DNA from: Eledone cirrhosa
Lineage: Eukaryota
Length of the DNA: 64,000 nucleotides
NCBI GenBank assembly: GCA_964016885.1
Contig: OZ024749.1
Location: 6,386,001-6,450,000, forward strand
Direction of reading: 5' to 3'
Shown: positions 29,140-42,167 of the stretch, in pieces
Layout of the letters: each line of letters begins with the position of its first letter
How positions within the stretch are numbered: position 1 is the first letter of the stretch
Notes under the pieces: generated by a model
The model's input: the letters and a program-made list of their open reading frames with translations, nothing else
Databases searched by the model: none
What the model was told of the DNA's origin: nothing
Program-made: the position numbers and the translations under genes

Positions 29140-29630
29140 AACCAGAGTTTACCTTGGTTTCATTGATGTTAAGTGACAGTACATGATTACCCCCTAGACA
29201 GGACATTTCAGGGTTACAGTCAGTTCTAACCCTGGCAATTCCTCAGGCAAGAGCATACCTTGGTTTCATAGGTGTTAAGTGACAGTACGAGATTACTCCC
29301 TAGACAGGACATCAGTTCATTTCAGGGTTAAAGTCAGTTCTAAGCTCGGCAATTCCTCAGGTGTTAAGTGACTATGGGTACAAGATTACCCCTGGACAAG
29401 ATACCAGTCTACTGGAGAGGTAAAGTCCGCTTCAAGCCCTGTAACACCCCAGGCAAGAGCTTATCTTCATGTTATTGTTATTAGATAATTGAGAGTACAT
29501 GACTTCCACCATGGACAGGACACCAATCCACCAGCGTTTACCCTGGTTTTAATCTTGTTTGGTAACAGTGCAGGGGACCTTTTTCTGAACAAGATACCAA
29601 CCTATCACAAAGTTACCCTCCACTTCTGTT
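29140..29630. repeat. Degenerate ~100-120-bp tandem repeats, probably derived from the SINE body
   Basis: Recurring GTTAAGTGAC..GTAC..GATTAC.CCCT.GACA.GA unit, similar to 28805-28870. Confidence 0.5.
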
Positions 29631-29645
29631 GGTATTCGTTATTTT

Positions 29646-29861
29646 TTAATCCTTTAGCATTTATATTACTCTATATATACTATTGTATTTTCAGGGTAAA
29701 GGCTTTATCTCACATAATATCGAAGCTATGAGATTTTGATATTACTTATTTTGAGAACAATAACTAAACATCAGTATGAGTGGCAGGTTATGGCCAGTTT
29801 GAACAGAATAAGGTGAGAGAATTCTGGTCGGATACAGCCAGTTTAAATGCTAAAGCATTAA
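29646..29861 (+). mobile_element. piggyBac-type MITE (~210 bp)
   Basis: TTAA-TCCTTTAGCATTTA...TAAATGCTAAAGCA-TTAA terminal inverted repeats with TTAA target. Confidence 0.8.
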
Positions 29862-30902
29862 ACCTAGTGAATTGTAGCAACATGAAATAAAGTGCCTTGA
29901 AGAGAACATTTTCTGCTCAGTCTGAGGAATAAACCTACAAACCTATGATTATGAGCCCAGCACTTTATCACAGACCATGAGCTTCCATTAATTGTCAAAT
30001 GAAAAGCATATATAATCCCATGTAGGATTTGAACATGGCAGCTATCTGGATAAAACTGGTTGTTGTGAAATGTTTAAAACTGGCTAAACTATATTTTCCA
30101 TCCCATGTAAACATCTTTACTGTAGAATCTTATTTAACATTCTAATCAAAACAAACAACGTTTTTGTTTGAGCTTTTTACACAAAAATATGCTTGAAACC
30201 TTTCCTTTATGTTTCAAAATACAAATTTACATTTTGGTTAAAAACAAAAAAAAAGATAAAAACATTGCCCTTTTTAATATATATATATATTTTTATGTTT
30301 CTATTTATTTACTGGCTATATATATAATTCTAATATAATTTAATGAATAGAGACACTCAATTAATCTGTTGGATAAATATCATTTACCTTTTGAAAATTT
30401 AAATTGAATTTTCAAATAGAAAAAAAAAAAGAAAAAAAAAAGAAATTTATTTTTGATTACAGTTCTGTTATAATTTAAAATATTCGAGAGAGAAAAGTGA
30501 TACTTCGTTAAAATAAACGAGTCAATTACAGCCAAACACACTTAAGCAATATGTTGTCTCAAAAACAAATGTTTAACAATAGTAAAAACATATAACAAGA
30601 AAATAAAACTATTTTGGTTACTAATTAATTAATTCAAGCAACAGAATAATAAGATTTTGAAGTGAAGACATTTATTTCTCTAGAAACTAATCCAAAATCC
30701 AACATTATTATTATGGCAGTCTCATTGTATATCTGTCTGTCAGTCTATTTCTTTGTTTCGGGTTTTAGTGGCTGTTTTTGTTAACAATTCCTAATTTACA
30801 GCAAAATTATAAAAAATAAAAATACTTGAAAATTTCCAACCAATGAAGTTTCAATAACCATTTCTTCCTTTAAAATTTTTAAATTATCAAAATATTCTAA
30901 GT

Positions 30903-31342
30903 CATATATATATATATTCATACATATGTATATATATATATAAATATATATATATTCATATATATATATATATAAATATATATATTCATATATATATATA
31001 AATATATATATTCATATATATATATACATATATGTATTTATATATATTCATATACATATATACATTTATATATATTCATATACATATATACATTTATATA
31101 TATTCATATACATATATATATTTATATATATTCATATACATATATACATATATATCTATATTTACATATATACATATATATATATTCAGATATATACACA
31201 TATATATATATATATTCATATTCATACATATAGATATATATATTCATATACATACATATATATATATATATATATTCATATATATACATATATATTTATA
31301 TATTCATATACATACATGTATATATATATATATATATTCATA

Positions 31343-31400
<58 letters not shown>

Positions 31401-31413
31401 TATATATATACAG

Positions 31414-31456
<43 letters not shown>

Positions 31457-31486
31457 ATTAATTTATATATATATATAGAGAGAGAG
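30903..31486. repeat. AT-rich microsatellite tract
   Basis: Direct reading. Confidence 0.9.
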
Positions 31487-31787
31487 CAAACATGGCAAGT
31501 ACATTGCTGTTAACAATAAACTAAAGCAAATTAATCAGGATAAAATATAATTAGATTTAAATTTTAGTTAATTTCTATAAAGCATGGCAATATTTGTTTC
31601 CTATTGAAGTGAGATATCGACAGAGATAAACATTTTAATTAGAAAATCATTATAAATATAGTGCATTGGCAGAAGAGTTAGACCATCGGGCAAGATGCTC
31701 TCCAATCTTCCTGTTTTGAGTTCAAATCCCCCAGAGGTAACCTTTACCATCCATCCATCCAGTGTTAACCTTTTAGCATTTACATCA

Positions 31788-32141
31788 ATCATCATCATTT
31801 CATTTTCATCATTTCATTTTACGTCCGCTTTTTCCCTGCTTGCAAGGGTGGCACGGGAACTGATTGTGGCTTGCTTTCTACAGCTGGATGCCCTTCCTAA
31901 CACCAACCTCATTTACAGTGAGTGCTGGGTGCTTTTTTGCCGTGACACCTCCACGACCACTCTGCAGTGGAATGATGGGGAGCCCAGTCCCTATCCTCTC
32001 ATTTCTACAGCTGAGTAAACTGGAGCAATGTGAAATAAAGTGTCTTGCTCAAGGAAACAACACATCACCCGGTCCGAAAATTGAACTCACAACCTTTCGA
32101 TTGCAAGGCCAATGCTCTAACCACTAAGCCATGTGCCTCCA
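31788..32141 (-). mobile_element. SINE family A
   Basis: Full-length copy. Confidence 0.9.
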
Positions 32142-32195
32142 TATATACTATTGTAGTTTCAATTGTAAACACTTTATTTCACAGAATTATCTCAC

Positions 32196-32399
32196 ACTAG
32201 CAGAACAGCCCGGCGTTGCTCGGGATTTGCTCTCGGGTTCTTATATATTTTATATATATTTATACCTATCGAGCCTCATGAATTAAATACGTTTTTTTTA
32301 TATCTTGTTATTGCGTATGAAAACATATCTGTACACAAATATATAATTATATATGGATATATATATATATATAATTATATATATATATATATATATATA

Positions 32400-32448
<49 letters not shown>

Positions 32449-32883
32449 TAAAATAACAGATTAACATTTAACGGGATCTTCTGAAACTAAAAAAGTCAAT
32501 CTGTGAATGCAGAAGTAAATATTTTGAAAAATGTTACAAACTATATATATATATACACACACACTATATACACATATATACACACACACACATATAGCGA
32601 CGTCATAATGTCAATGCAGACATACAGACAGATATTATAAGGGCGCAACGTTATATCTATGTATCTATCTGAAAAGAAAGAATAAGAATTATAGAGAGAG
32701 ATCGCTAAATCGCCTAAAGCGGTCCCTAGGGCATTGAACATTTGAAATATGTTTTGCTCAAAACACTCACACGGCCATAAGTATTACATGTGTAAAGTTT
32801 GAAAACAATCGGTTGGGTGGTTCTCAAGCTTTAGGGAGTCAGACAGACAGACAGACAGACATTCTTTGTTTTGGATATATAGA
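32196..32883 (+). mobile_element. HINE/DINE-1-like element
   Basis: ACTAGCAGAACAGCCCGGCGTTGCTCGGG start; (CAGA)n and TTTTGGATATATAGAT end. Confidence 0.65.
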
Positions 32884-33287
32884 TAATATTAATCTATGAG
32901 ATGTTGATGATATTTATTTTGAGAAGAATACCTTAACATAAGTATGAGTAGCCATTTACAGCCAGTTTGAACAGAAAATGGTGAGAGAATTCTGGCCGGA
33001 TACAGCCGGTTTGAATACTAATATGATAGCTTTGTGTATTTGTCGGTAACACACTAGAAATAACTGAGGAAGGAAGGGGTGATTATGTCGACTGAGGAAG
33101 GAAGGGGTGTCTAATACACACACATCTATGTGATGACTGACGAAGGAGTGGAGTGAGAAACTATAGGAGTCCAGTTTTTTAAAGATTTGTCACGGCTGTG
33201 TGTTAGTGTGTTTGTATCACTAGTGTGATTGAGCATGAAGGAACCAACCAAGCAACAAACCAACAAACAAACATCTCTTTATTATAT

Positions 33288-33686
33288 TCATCATCATCAT
33301 AATCATCATTTTACGTCCGTTTTTCCCTGCTTGCAAGGGTGGGGCGGGAACTGATTCTGGCTTGATTTCTACAGCTGGATGCCCTGCCTCACACCAACCT
33401 CATTTACAGTGAGTGCTGGGTACTTTTTTTCTGTGGCACCTCCACGTCCATTTCACAGTGAGTGGTGGGTGCTTTTTTGCCGTGGGACCTCCACGACCAC
33501 TTTGCAGTGGAATGATATGGACCCCAGTCCCTATCATCTCATTTCTACAGCTGAGTAAACTGGAGCAATGTGAAATAAAGTGTCTTGCTCAAGGAAACAA
33601 CACATCACCCGGTCTGAGAGAGAATTGAACTCACAACTTTTCGATTGCAAGACCAATACTCTAACCACTAAGCCATGTGCCTCCAT
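33288..33686 (-). mobile_element. SINE family A with two copies of the 49-bp UTR repeat
   Basis: Full-length copy with an internal duplication like that in the LINE UTR. Confidence 0.88.
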
Positions 33687-34304
33687 ATATGTATAGATAT
33701 TATGTATAGATATTACAATTAGCTGTCACGGCTGATGGTTCGGGGTCAGCTAGTATATATATACACATTTCTACAAGTCTGTCACAACACGTAAAGAGAG
33801 AGGAGTAGTTTGACTACCTCATACTATTCCTCTCTCTATATGCCAGCTGCTTGTGTGAATGTATGTGTGTCTTAAAGGAAGGAAGGGGATGGTGAAAAAA
33901 CTATGCTGTGTGTGAGTGTATGTTTATGTGTGTGCGTTTTTGTGAATGTATGTGTGTTTGTGTGAATGTATGTCTGAGAGAGTATTTGTCTAAATGTGTC
34001 TAGGTTTGCATGTTTATATTTATATACTCATACATATAAATATATGCATATGCACACACACGTCAGCATGCGGAAAAAAATTCTAGTAAAATAAAGTACC
34101 GGTCACCTACTGGGGTTGGTTTAACTTTTAGCACACTAGAAATCTTTATGAATTGCTTCCCTTGACATTGCATTATGTATTAAGGGGAGATTATCGGCGA
34201 CTTAATGGGCCAGGAGCATCCAGAAGGTTAAAAGACTTTCCAGTCTGGCCCCTAAATTGCTAGATTTCTGCCTAAATTAGAAACCATTATTATTGTTATA
34301 TTTA

Positions 34305-34838
34305 TGGCGGTGGATTGGCAGTATCGGTAGAGGGTCGGACGCCATGCTTTCCAGCATAGTTACGTCCCTTTATGATCTGAGTTCAAATCCCGCCGAGGTT
34401 GACTTTGCCTTTCATCCTTACGGGGTCGATAAAATAAAGTACCAGTAATGCACTGGGTGATGGCTGGCCTTGTGCCTAAAGTAGAAACAATTATTGTTAT
34501 ATTTATTATTAGGGCAGTGCATTGGCAGTGTCGGTAGAGCATCGGACTCTATGCGTTGCAGCACAGAGTTGTGGCCCTTTACGTTCTGAGTTCAAATCCC
34601 TGCTAGACTTGTGCCTAAATTAGAACCCTGTATTATTCTCATTACTAGCAATATTAGTAGAATATTGGATAACAATGCTCTGTGAAATATGGTTACAGTC
34701 TTTTATATTCTAAGTTCAAATACTGCTAAGGTTAGCTTTGCCTTTCATTCTTAAGGAGTCAATGAAATAAAGTACCAGTAATGAACTGGGTTTCATCCTC
34801 TCTCACAAAATTGGTGGCCTTGTGCCTAAATCAGAAAT

Positions 34839-34870
<32 letters not shown>

Positions 34871-36060
34871 AGGCAGTGTTGTATGAGAATCAGACAAATG
34901 TTTAGCAATATTTGCATTCTGTGTTCAAGTCCCAATGATGTACCAGTAAAGAATTGGGGTTGATACAATCAATGTTCTCCTACCCCCAAAACTGCTGACC
35001 ATGTGGGCGTAAGTTAGAAATGATTTGTTATTATTGTTCCTAGTTTGGCAGGTATTGGATCATCATCATCATCATTTTACGTCCGCTTTTTCCCTGCTTG
35101 CAAGGGTGGGATGGGAACTGATTCTGGCTTGATTTCTACAGCTGGATGCCCTTCCTAACACCAACCTCATTTACAGTCAGTGCTGGGTGCTTTTTTGCCG
35201 TGGCACCTCCACGACCACTTTGCAGTGGAATGATAAGGACCCCAGTCCCTATCATCTCATTTCTACAGCTGAGTAAACTGGAGCAATGTGAAATAAAATG
35301 TCTTGCTCAAGGAAACAACACATCACCCGGTCTGAGAATTAAACTCACAACCTTTCGATTGCAAGGCCAATGCTCTAACCACTAAGCCATGTACCTCCAT
35401 CATATCTCTTTAAAGTATTTGTTCTGAGTTCAAATCCTACCAAGGACAATATTATCTTTCAACTTTCCTCGTTCGATAAAATTAAGTACCAGTTATGTAC
35501 TTGTGACGATATAACTGACATTTCACCCAAATTACTGGCCCTATGACAATCATAAAAAGAATTATTATTGCTAGGGTGGTGGACTGGCAGTATCGGTAGA
35601 GTGTCAGACACCATGGTTTGCAGCATAGAGTTATGGCCCTTTGTGTTCTGTGGCAGTATCGGTAGAGTGTCAGACACCATGGTTTGCAGCATAGAGTTAT
35701 GGCCCTTTGTGTTCTGAGTTCTAATCCCACCAAGGTCAACTTCATATTTCATCCTTACTTGTTCGATTAAATAAAGTACTAGTTATGTACTAAGGTGAAT
35801 ATGACTGACATTACATTTCACCCAAATTACTGGCCTTATGATAATCTTAGAAAGAATTATTATTATTAGAAGGATGGTGGATAAGCAGAATTGGTAGAGC
35901 ATCTGACAAAATAGTTTGCGACATTTAGTTATGGCACAATATTCTCTTGGCTTGTCAACCTTCAGGTGTCTACAAAATAATGTACCAGTAATGTAATGGT
36001 GTTGATGTAATTGAATTTCCTTACCCCAAATTGCTGGCCTTGTAACAGTTTTAGAAATCA
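34305..36060 (+). mobile_element. Cluster of about 7 same-orientation SINE family B copies of different ages
   Basis: Repeated TGGCAGTATCGGTAGAG (A box), GAGTTCAAATCC (B box) and AAATAAAGTACCAGT core; 66-bp tandem duplication at 35585-35716. Confidence 0.8.
35058..35399 (-). mobile_element. SINE family A, inserted into the SINE B cluster
   Basis: Full-length copy. Confidence 0.9.
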
Positions 36061-36400
36061 TTCTATCAAGGGTAAGAAGGACGATTTAATTGTTAGTTAT
36101 ATTTAACAGCATGAGGGATTGATTCTAATTGGTCCATACCTCTTAACACACACTCCTATCAACAAAGTTATCACGGAGTGATGGAGGGAGGAATAGTTTC
36201 CTATAATATTTACTAAGTAGGAGGGATAATGATAAAAAAAAGTTTTAAAGAAAAATAAACAAATGATTTGCATATTGTGCACGATTGCTGAAATTACAGC
36301 AATAATTAGCAAACATTAACAGCGAAAGAAATAACCCCACTTTACATGAACAATAACAACAGTTCCCAACAATGTTACACACACATATATATATATATAT

Positions 36401-37598
36401 AGCAGGGACTAGAGAGAAAGGGCCTCAAAGTCAACATGACAAAGACTAAGGTCCTTATAAGTAGACGAGAAAACAGAACCCAGATCCCCTCAGGGAAATG
36501 GCCTTGCTCAGTATGTAGGAAAGGTGTAGGTAGGAACTCCATTCTTTGCCCCAAATGCAAACAATGGGTACACAAGAGATGTAGCGGGATCTCAGGAAGC
36601 TTAATTAAGAATGTAGGATTCACATGCAGCAGCTGTGCTGAAACAGCAAGCAAACAGCCACAGGAAACAAGTACCACCAATCTCTGGGAGGGCCCTGTAG
36701 AAACAGTAGACAGCTTCTGCTACCTAGGTGACCGAATTAGCAACGGAGGTGGGTGCTCAGAAAGTACAATAACTAGGGTAAGAACGGGATGGAAGAAGTT
36801 TAGGGAACTACTACCACTGCTAGCTGCAAAAGGCTTCTCCCTCAGAATGAAAGGCAGACTGTATGATGCGTGTATCCGAACAGCGATGTTGCATGGTAGT
36901 GAGACCTGGGCGCTGAAGGTGGAAGACTTACGTAGATTAGAGAGAAACGAAGCCTGCATGCTCCGATGGATGTGTAACAATAATATACGTGAACGACAAA
37001 GCATAAATGAATTGAGAGAGAGACTGAGCATAAGAGGAATCAAATGCTGCGTGCAGGAGAGGCGGTTACGCTGGTATGGACATGTGATGCGTATGAAGGA
37101 TGACAGCTGCATAAAAAGGTGCAGAGCACTAGAAGTTGATGGAAACCGCGGAGTGGGGAGACCCAAGATGACTTGGGATGAGGTGATAAAAGCCGACCTT
37201 ACCCAACTACACCTCTCAAAGTCAATGACACACGACCGTGACTTCTGGCGTCACGCAGTAATACAGGGTACCCGACCTCCCATGGGTACATGCTGAAGCA
37301 TATAAACGATATGCCCCCCCCCCCCACCGCAAGGTGGTCGTGGAGGTGCCACAGCAAAAAAGCACCCAGCCCACACTGTAAAGTGGACGTGTAGGCGCCA
37401 CGAAAAAGCACCCAGCACTCACTGTAAATGAGGTTGGTGTTAGGAAGGGCATCCAGCTGTAGAAATCAAGCCAGATCAGTTCCTGTATGAGCAAGGCATG
37501 GTCAGCCGACCAGACACTGCCCACAACAGGACAACCCGTCTAACCCATGCTAGCGTGGAAGAACGGACGTAAAACGGTGATGATGATGATGATGATGA
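36401..37598 (+). mobile_element. RTE LINE, second 5'-truncated copy, nearly identical to 10472-11673
   Basis: Only a few substitutions by eye; (TA)n flanks; (GAT)n tail. Confidence 0.95.
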
Positions 37599-38076
37599 TA
37601 TATATATACATATGTATATACATATACATACATTATAAAGAGTTGGAAGCTGATGGGTGATGTGTATATATATATATAATTGGTGTTGGATGCTTAAAGC
37701 GTCCGTATGCGGTTGGACATATATATATACTAGTAAATACAATTCCAAATAAATGTTTTTCTCTATATATTAAGAATTATTTCAAGAGTAACTTACTATT
37801 TTGAAAATTTGGACTGTGAACAACAATTATAATTGAGTGGCTGCTATTTGCAGTATAGCAATATAAGGTTGCACTTACCAATGAAACGGTCGTAAATACC
37901 TGGATAAAATCCTTCTCTTAATGCTTACCTGTGTTTTCTCTTTTATACTTAATACTCCAAGATTGAACGAAATTCTTACAAACTTGTGGAGTTACCCCTA
38001 ACCGTACGTTGAAACCATCCATGAAACTGGCTTTCTTAACCAAGAACTGGATCACAATAAGCAATTATTTGCTTCT

Positions 38077-38140
<64 letters not shown>

Positions 38141-38241
38141 GTTGAAATAAAATGAAAACGAAATTTCATTTCTCACTCTTAGTACGGCACTTGCTTATAC
38201 ACACATATATACACACATACTTACATATATATATATATATA

Positions 38242-38527
38242 TTAGAAAATGTGTTTTTTTTTACAAAATGAAAAATAACCGAAGTGTCCTACACGAGTGA
38301 AGGTATAAGGAAAAAAGATGAAATCGAAAATGCTACTGCAGTCTTTTTTTTTTTTTAAATATATTTCAGATAGAGGGTTTGTGGTTTTTCTCCACAAACC
38401 CTCCATCTCAATTCTACTTTTGAAAAGCAAAAGAACTGCGAAACCGGTAAAGGAACCAAATAAATATATATTTAAAAAAAAAAAAGACTCCAGTTGTATT
38501 TTCGATTTCATCTTTTTTTTCCTTATA
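38242..38527 (+). mobile_element. Penelope-like fragment with an inverted repeat (38304-38366 / 38462-38527) and a hammerhead 3' half
   Basis: GAAACCGGTA at 38440; same family as 40631-40860; (TA)n flanks. Confidence 0.55.
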
Positions 38528-38710
38528 TATATATATGCACAAATAGTTCTATGTTTATGAGTATATATTAATTAAAGGATAAGAAATTGTCAAGACAAAG
38601 TTTATCTATATATTATATGTGTTTGAACATTTATATAGACACAATGTGTGTTCATATTCTCTTTTGAATCTATGGTTGTTAGTCATTTCTAATGCAGTTT
38701 ATAAAACTAA

Positions 38711-38802
38711 TTTCTACTGATGAGTGGGTGATTAGTCTCATGGTGCCACTAATTTGGTGTTTAGTACCAGTTCTCTTACACCCTGAAGCAGGTGTATAGA
38801 AA
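38711..38802 (+). ncRNA. Degenerate type I hammerhead ribozyme
   Basis: TTTCTA-CTGATGA-GTGGGTG..CACCCT-GAAG(mutated)-C-AGGT-G-TA-TAGAAA. Confidence 0.55.
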
Positions 38803-38873
38803 TATAGAGATCTCAGAATTTTACCATCTTTATGTAGGTTCTTTTACTTGCCATCTGTTTTCTTTGGCAATGC

Positions 38874-38915
<42 letters not shown>

Positions 38916-39006
38916 ATATATATATATGTTAGGTAATTCCAAAGGAAAAGCAAAGGATAAAAGAGTGCTCTATGTATAGAACAGAGCTATTTATAATGAT
39001 ATATGA

Positions 39007-39185
39007 TAATTGTTTCTACTTTAGGCACAAGGCCAGCAATTACCCAGTGCATTACTGGTACTTTATTTTATCGACCCCGTAAGAATGAAAGTCAACCTCG
39101 GCGGGATTTGAACTCAGATCATAAAGGGACATAACTATGCTGGAAAGCATGGCGTCCGACCCTCTACCGATACTGCCAATCCACG
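39007..39185 (-). mobile_element. SINE family B
   Basis: Near full-length reverse-complement copy. Confidence 0.85.
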
Positions 39186-39186
39186 T

Positions 39187-39296
39187 GACAATGATATATG
39201 ATAATGATATACGTCTGGATTGGTCGTCAGACAGAGATGTTAACAGATGATAACATATCTGTCTGACGACCGAGCCAGACGTATATTATTATTGTC
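39187..39296. repeat. Imperfect hairpin, ~40-bp stem
   Basis: ATATACGTCTGG..GGTCGTCAGACAGA.ATGTTA / TAACAT.TCTGTCTGACGACC..CCAGACGTATAT. Confidence 0.85.
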
Positions 39297-39353
39297 TGTG
39301 ATCCAGAAACCTGTGGTAATGGAGTAGTTGGATTTTGTGTTGTTCAATTTCTA

Positions 39354-39413
<60 letters not shown>

Positions 39414-39761
39414 GTATATATTTACCGTCACAAAAGTGTATATGTTTTGTAGATTTACGGCTATAAATTATTGTTTGTTTTTCGTCTCTTACTTCTTTGG
39501 ACAGCGTTTAGCTTATGTTAGATGCTGTGACCCTGGATGGTCCAGTAGCACCGTTGGTAGGGGTCAAAACTGCCTAAGTCCACCTCCATTGCCAATAACC
39601 ATGGAAATGTGTCCTTCATTTCTATATTTATTTTAAAAAAATAATTTTTTAAAGTTTTCCCCTGAAAAAATTGTTTTTCCTTTTTTGTCCCCGTTTGTTG
39701 TCTTGCCCTTCTTTGTTAATTTTATTAAGTTTAAATATCTATATATATCTAGGGGGGGGGG

Positions 39762-39945
39762 TTAAAATCTCCGAGATCCATGGACGAGTTCTCTCCAGTG
39801 GTCTCTGTCCCTCATTATCACTGCCATGTCCTGCGTCTCCAACAGGCCACTGTTTGTCCGTAGGGCATCAACATATGTTAACCTCAGTCTTCCTCTTCCA
39901 GTGTGTTCATGCAGGGGCTCCCACAGGAGCACTGAGTGCAGTGTC
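39762..39945 (-). mobile_element. 3' fragment of a different RTE-like LINE
   Basis: LLWEP..GRGRLRLTYVDAL..MRDRDHWR is typical of RTE ORF ends. Confidence 0.65.
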
Positions 39946-40451
39946 AACTCTGGATGTCGGTGAGCATATCCAGCTATATATTAGTATTGGGGCTCTGAAA
40001 TAGCGATGTATACATGAATGTATGTATAGTATATTTGGCAATATACTGTATGTTTAATTAAAAACATTTTGAAGACCATTCGCTTTGAGTTTTTAAGTAG
40101 TGACTATGTCATTTACTTATTCTCGGCAAAAACATATACATAAATAAATTTATATATATGGATGGTAAAAATCAATCTTTCAACAGCTTTATGTAAGTCC
40201 ATTCACTTACTTTCAGCTCTTCTTATGTAATTGAACCTATATAAATATACAAACACACATAATATGTAGATAAATTCTGTCTTAACCATGTCTTACCCTT
40301 GAATTATTGTTACTGCTCCTAATTAAAATTAAGTTTTTAATAAATAAAGTTGACTTAAGGTTCTAACAGTGACTATGTTTAGCACTATGGTTGACCTATG
40401 CATTTGTCAGACAATATGATTAATAATTCCACATATTAATCTATACTTTAT

Positions 40452-40520
<69 letters not shown>

Positions 40521-40588
40521 ACAGTCAATCGACTTTTGTCCTATCTGATCAAGAAATAACGTGTCTTGCTCAAGGAAGTACACAAGAC

Positions 40589-40630
<42 letters not shown>

Positions 40631-40634
<4 letters not shown>

Positions 40635-40854
40635 AAAATGAGTTTTTCTTTAATAAAAAAAAAACAAGATGCCCTACACAAGGGAAAGTATAAGGAAAAG
40701 AAATCGAAAGGAAAGTAGAATTGAGATGGAGGGTTTGTGGATTTTCTTGCATCTCACGAGAAAAACCCCAAACGCCACATCTCAATTCTACTTTTGAAAC
40801 CGGTAATGGAAACAAATAAATATTCTTAAAAATACTCTAATTGCATTTTCTATT

Positions 40855-40860
<6 letters not shown>
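40631..40860 (+). mobile_element. Penelope-like fragment with a long hairpin followed by GAAACCGGTA
   Basis: AAAGTAGAATTGAGATG..CATCTCAATTCTACTTT-T-GAAACCGGTA; homologous to 38242-38527. Confidence 0.55.
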
Positions 40861-40890
<30 letters not shown>

Positions 40891-40931
40891 CAAAATATTA
40901 ATAAATGAAAAATATTCCCAAAATCAAGATA

Positions 40932-40998
40932 TATATGTTATTATACATATTTCAAAGGTACACTGGTGTTTAAGTACATTTTCATCAGACAAAATATA
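40932..40998 (-). ncRNA. Minimal type I hammerhead ribozyme
   Basis: TATATTTTGT-CTGATGA-AAATGTAC..GTACCTTT-GAAA-T-ATGT-A-TA-ATAACATATA. Confidence 0.65.
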
Positions 40999-41106
40999 AA
41001 ATTTGATATGCGACTTACCACTATGGTTTTGATTATTCAATTCCAGTATTGGCAGTCAATGGAATTGAATAATCAAAGCTGTGAAAGTAAGTCGCATATC
41101 AAATCT

Positions 41107-41173
41107 TATATTTTGTCTGATGAAAACGTTCCTAAACACCAGTGTACCTTTGAAATATGTATAATAAAATATA
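41107..41173 (+). ncRNA. Minimal type I hammerhead ribozyme
   Basis: TATATTTTGT-CTGATGA-AAACGTTC..GTACCTTT-GAAA-T-ATGT-A-TA-ATAAAATATA. Confidence 0.65.
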
Positions 41174-41472
41174 TATTTTGATTATGAGAATATTTTTCAT
41201 TTATTAATATTTTGAATAATATTAAATACTCCAGGAAAATCTATTGTAAAATTGTATTCGTTGAATAATCAACGAACCATATTAATTTTTGGTTATATAT
41301 ATAGTGATTGCTTCTATCAATGTTGACCTATGAGTATGTGAAGAGCCTATTCAGTTGACTACATTTGAACCTATGTATCAGTCATAACATTTTAGACCAG
41401 ACTCTGCTAGAGTGAGGTTTACAGGATAATGTTATTGGTGCATTTGATAAGGCTTCTCTTCTATAATATATA

Positions 41473-41697
41473 ATCATCATCATTATCATCGTTTAACGTC
41501 CATCTTCCACGTTAGCATGGGGTAGACTGTTTTGTCCATTTGATGCGGGAATGGTTGGGAGACGATGTTTCACTCGCACGGAAGCGTCTCTGGCAGGTTT
41601 TTTTTACAGCTGGATGCCCTTCCTAACCCCAACCACATTTACAGTGTGGACTGGGGGCCTTTTCACCGTGTTCCCTACACGGCCACCTTACAGTGTA
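41473..41697 (-). mobile_element. RTE-type 3' UTR fragment
   Basis: (CAT)n, GTTTAACGTCC, CAGCTGGATGCCCTTCCTAAC. Confidence 0.75.
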
Positions 41698-41721
41698 ATA
41701 TATATATATAATATATATATT

Positions 41722-42160
41722 GAAGCTCCAACATCTGGCAATGGACTTGGTAAACACCTACAAAGTTATTAACCATCTCGCCAACAACAACCCTGAGCAC
41801 CTTTTTGATCTCCATGTGTCTAACACATCTGGACATGCCTACAAAATCAGAAAACAGCACAGCTCCCATGACTTTCAGAAACATTTTTTCACGCTCAGAG
41901 TTGCTGAAGCATGGAACAAACTACCTGCGTCAGTTGTTAGTTGCCGAGACACTGCATCCTTTAAAACCCTCATGCTTCCCGAAATTCGCCAGAACTACAC
42001 CTGATGTACCCCTTCCATACACATGCACACATGTGTATATCATGACTCATGCACTGTTCATTTTCCTGACGTTTGAACATTACCCTATGTTCTATACATA
42101 CACTTTTGATGAGTTGTAGTGCACCTGAGCACTGTACACAATATTTTCATTATTATTATT
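41722..42160 (+). mobile_element. CR1-group LINE 3' fragment
   Basis: DLVNTYKVI..TSGHAYKI..FFTLRVAEAWNKLPASVV..SFK motif; (ATT)n tail. Confidence 0.8.
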
Positions 42161-42167
42161 TCATTAC

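Larger units (their letters stand above)
31764..33025 (+). mobile_element. piggyBac-type MITE split by SINE A and HINE insertions
   Basis: TTAACCTTTTAGCATTTACAT at 31764; MITE sequence resumes at 32142-32195 and 32884-33025. Confidence 0.7.
40884..41222. repeat. ~160-bp inverted repeat; each arm carries a hammerhead
   Basis: Arms 40884-41045 and 41060-41222; a third copy lies at 47551-47726. Confidence 0.9.

Noticed and set aside
37928-38046. Possible minus-strand exon with a CAG|gtaagc donor
   Set aside because: Weak acceptor, no CCDC39-like translation, lies next to a (TA)n tract in repeat-like DNA
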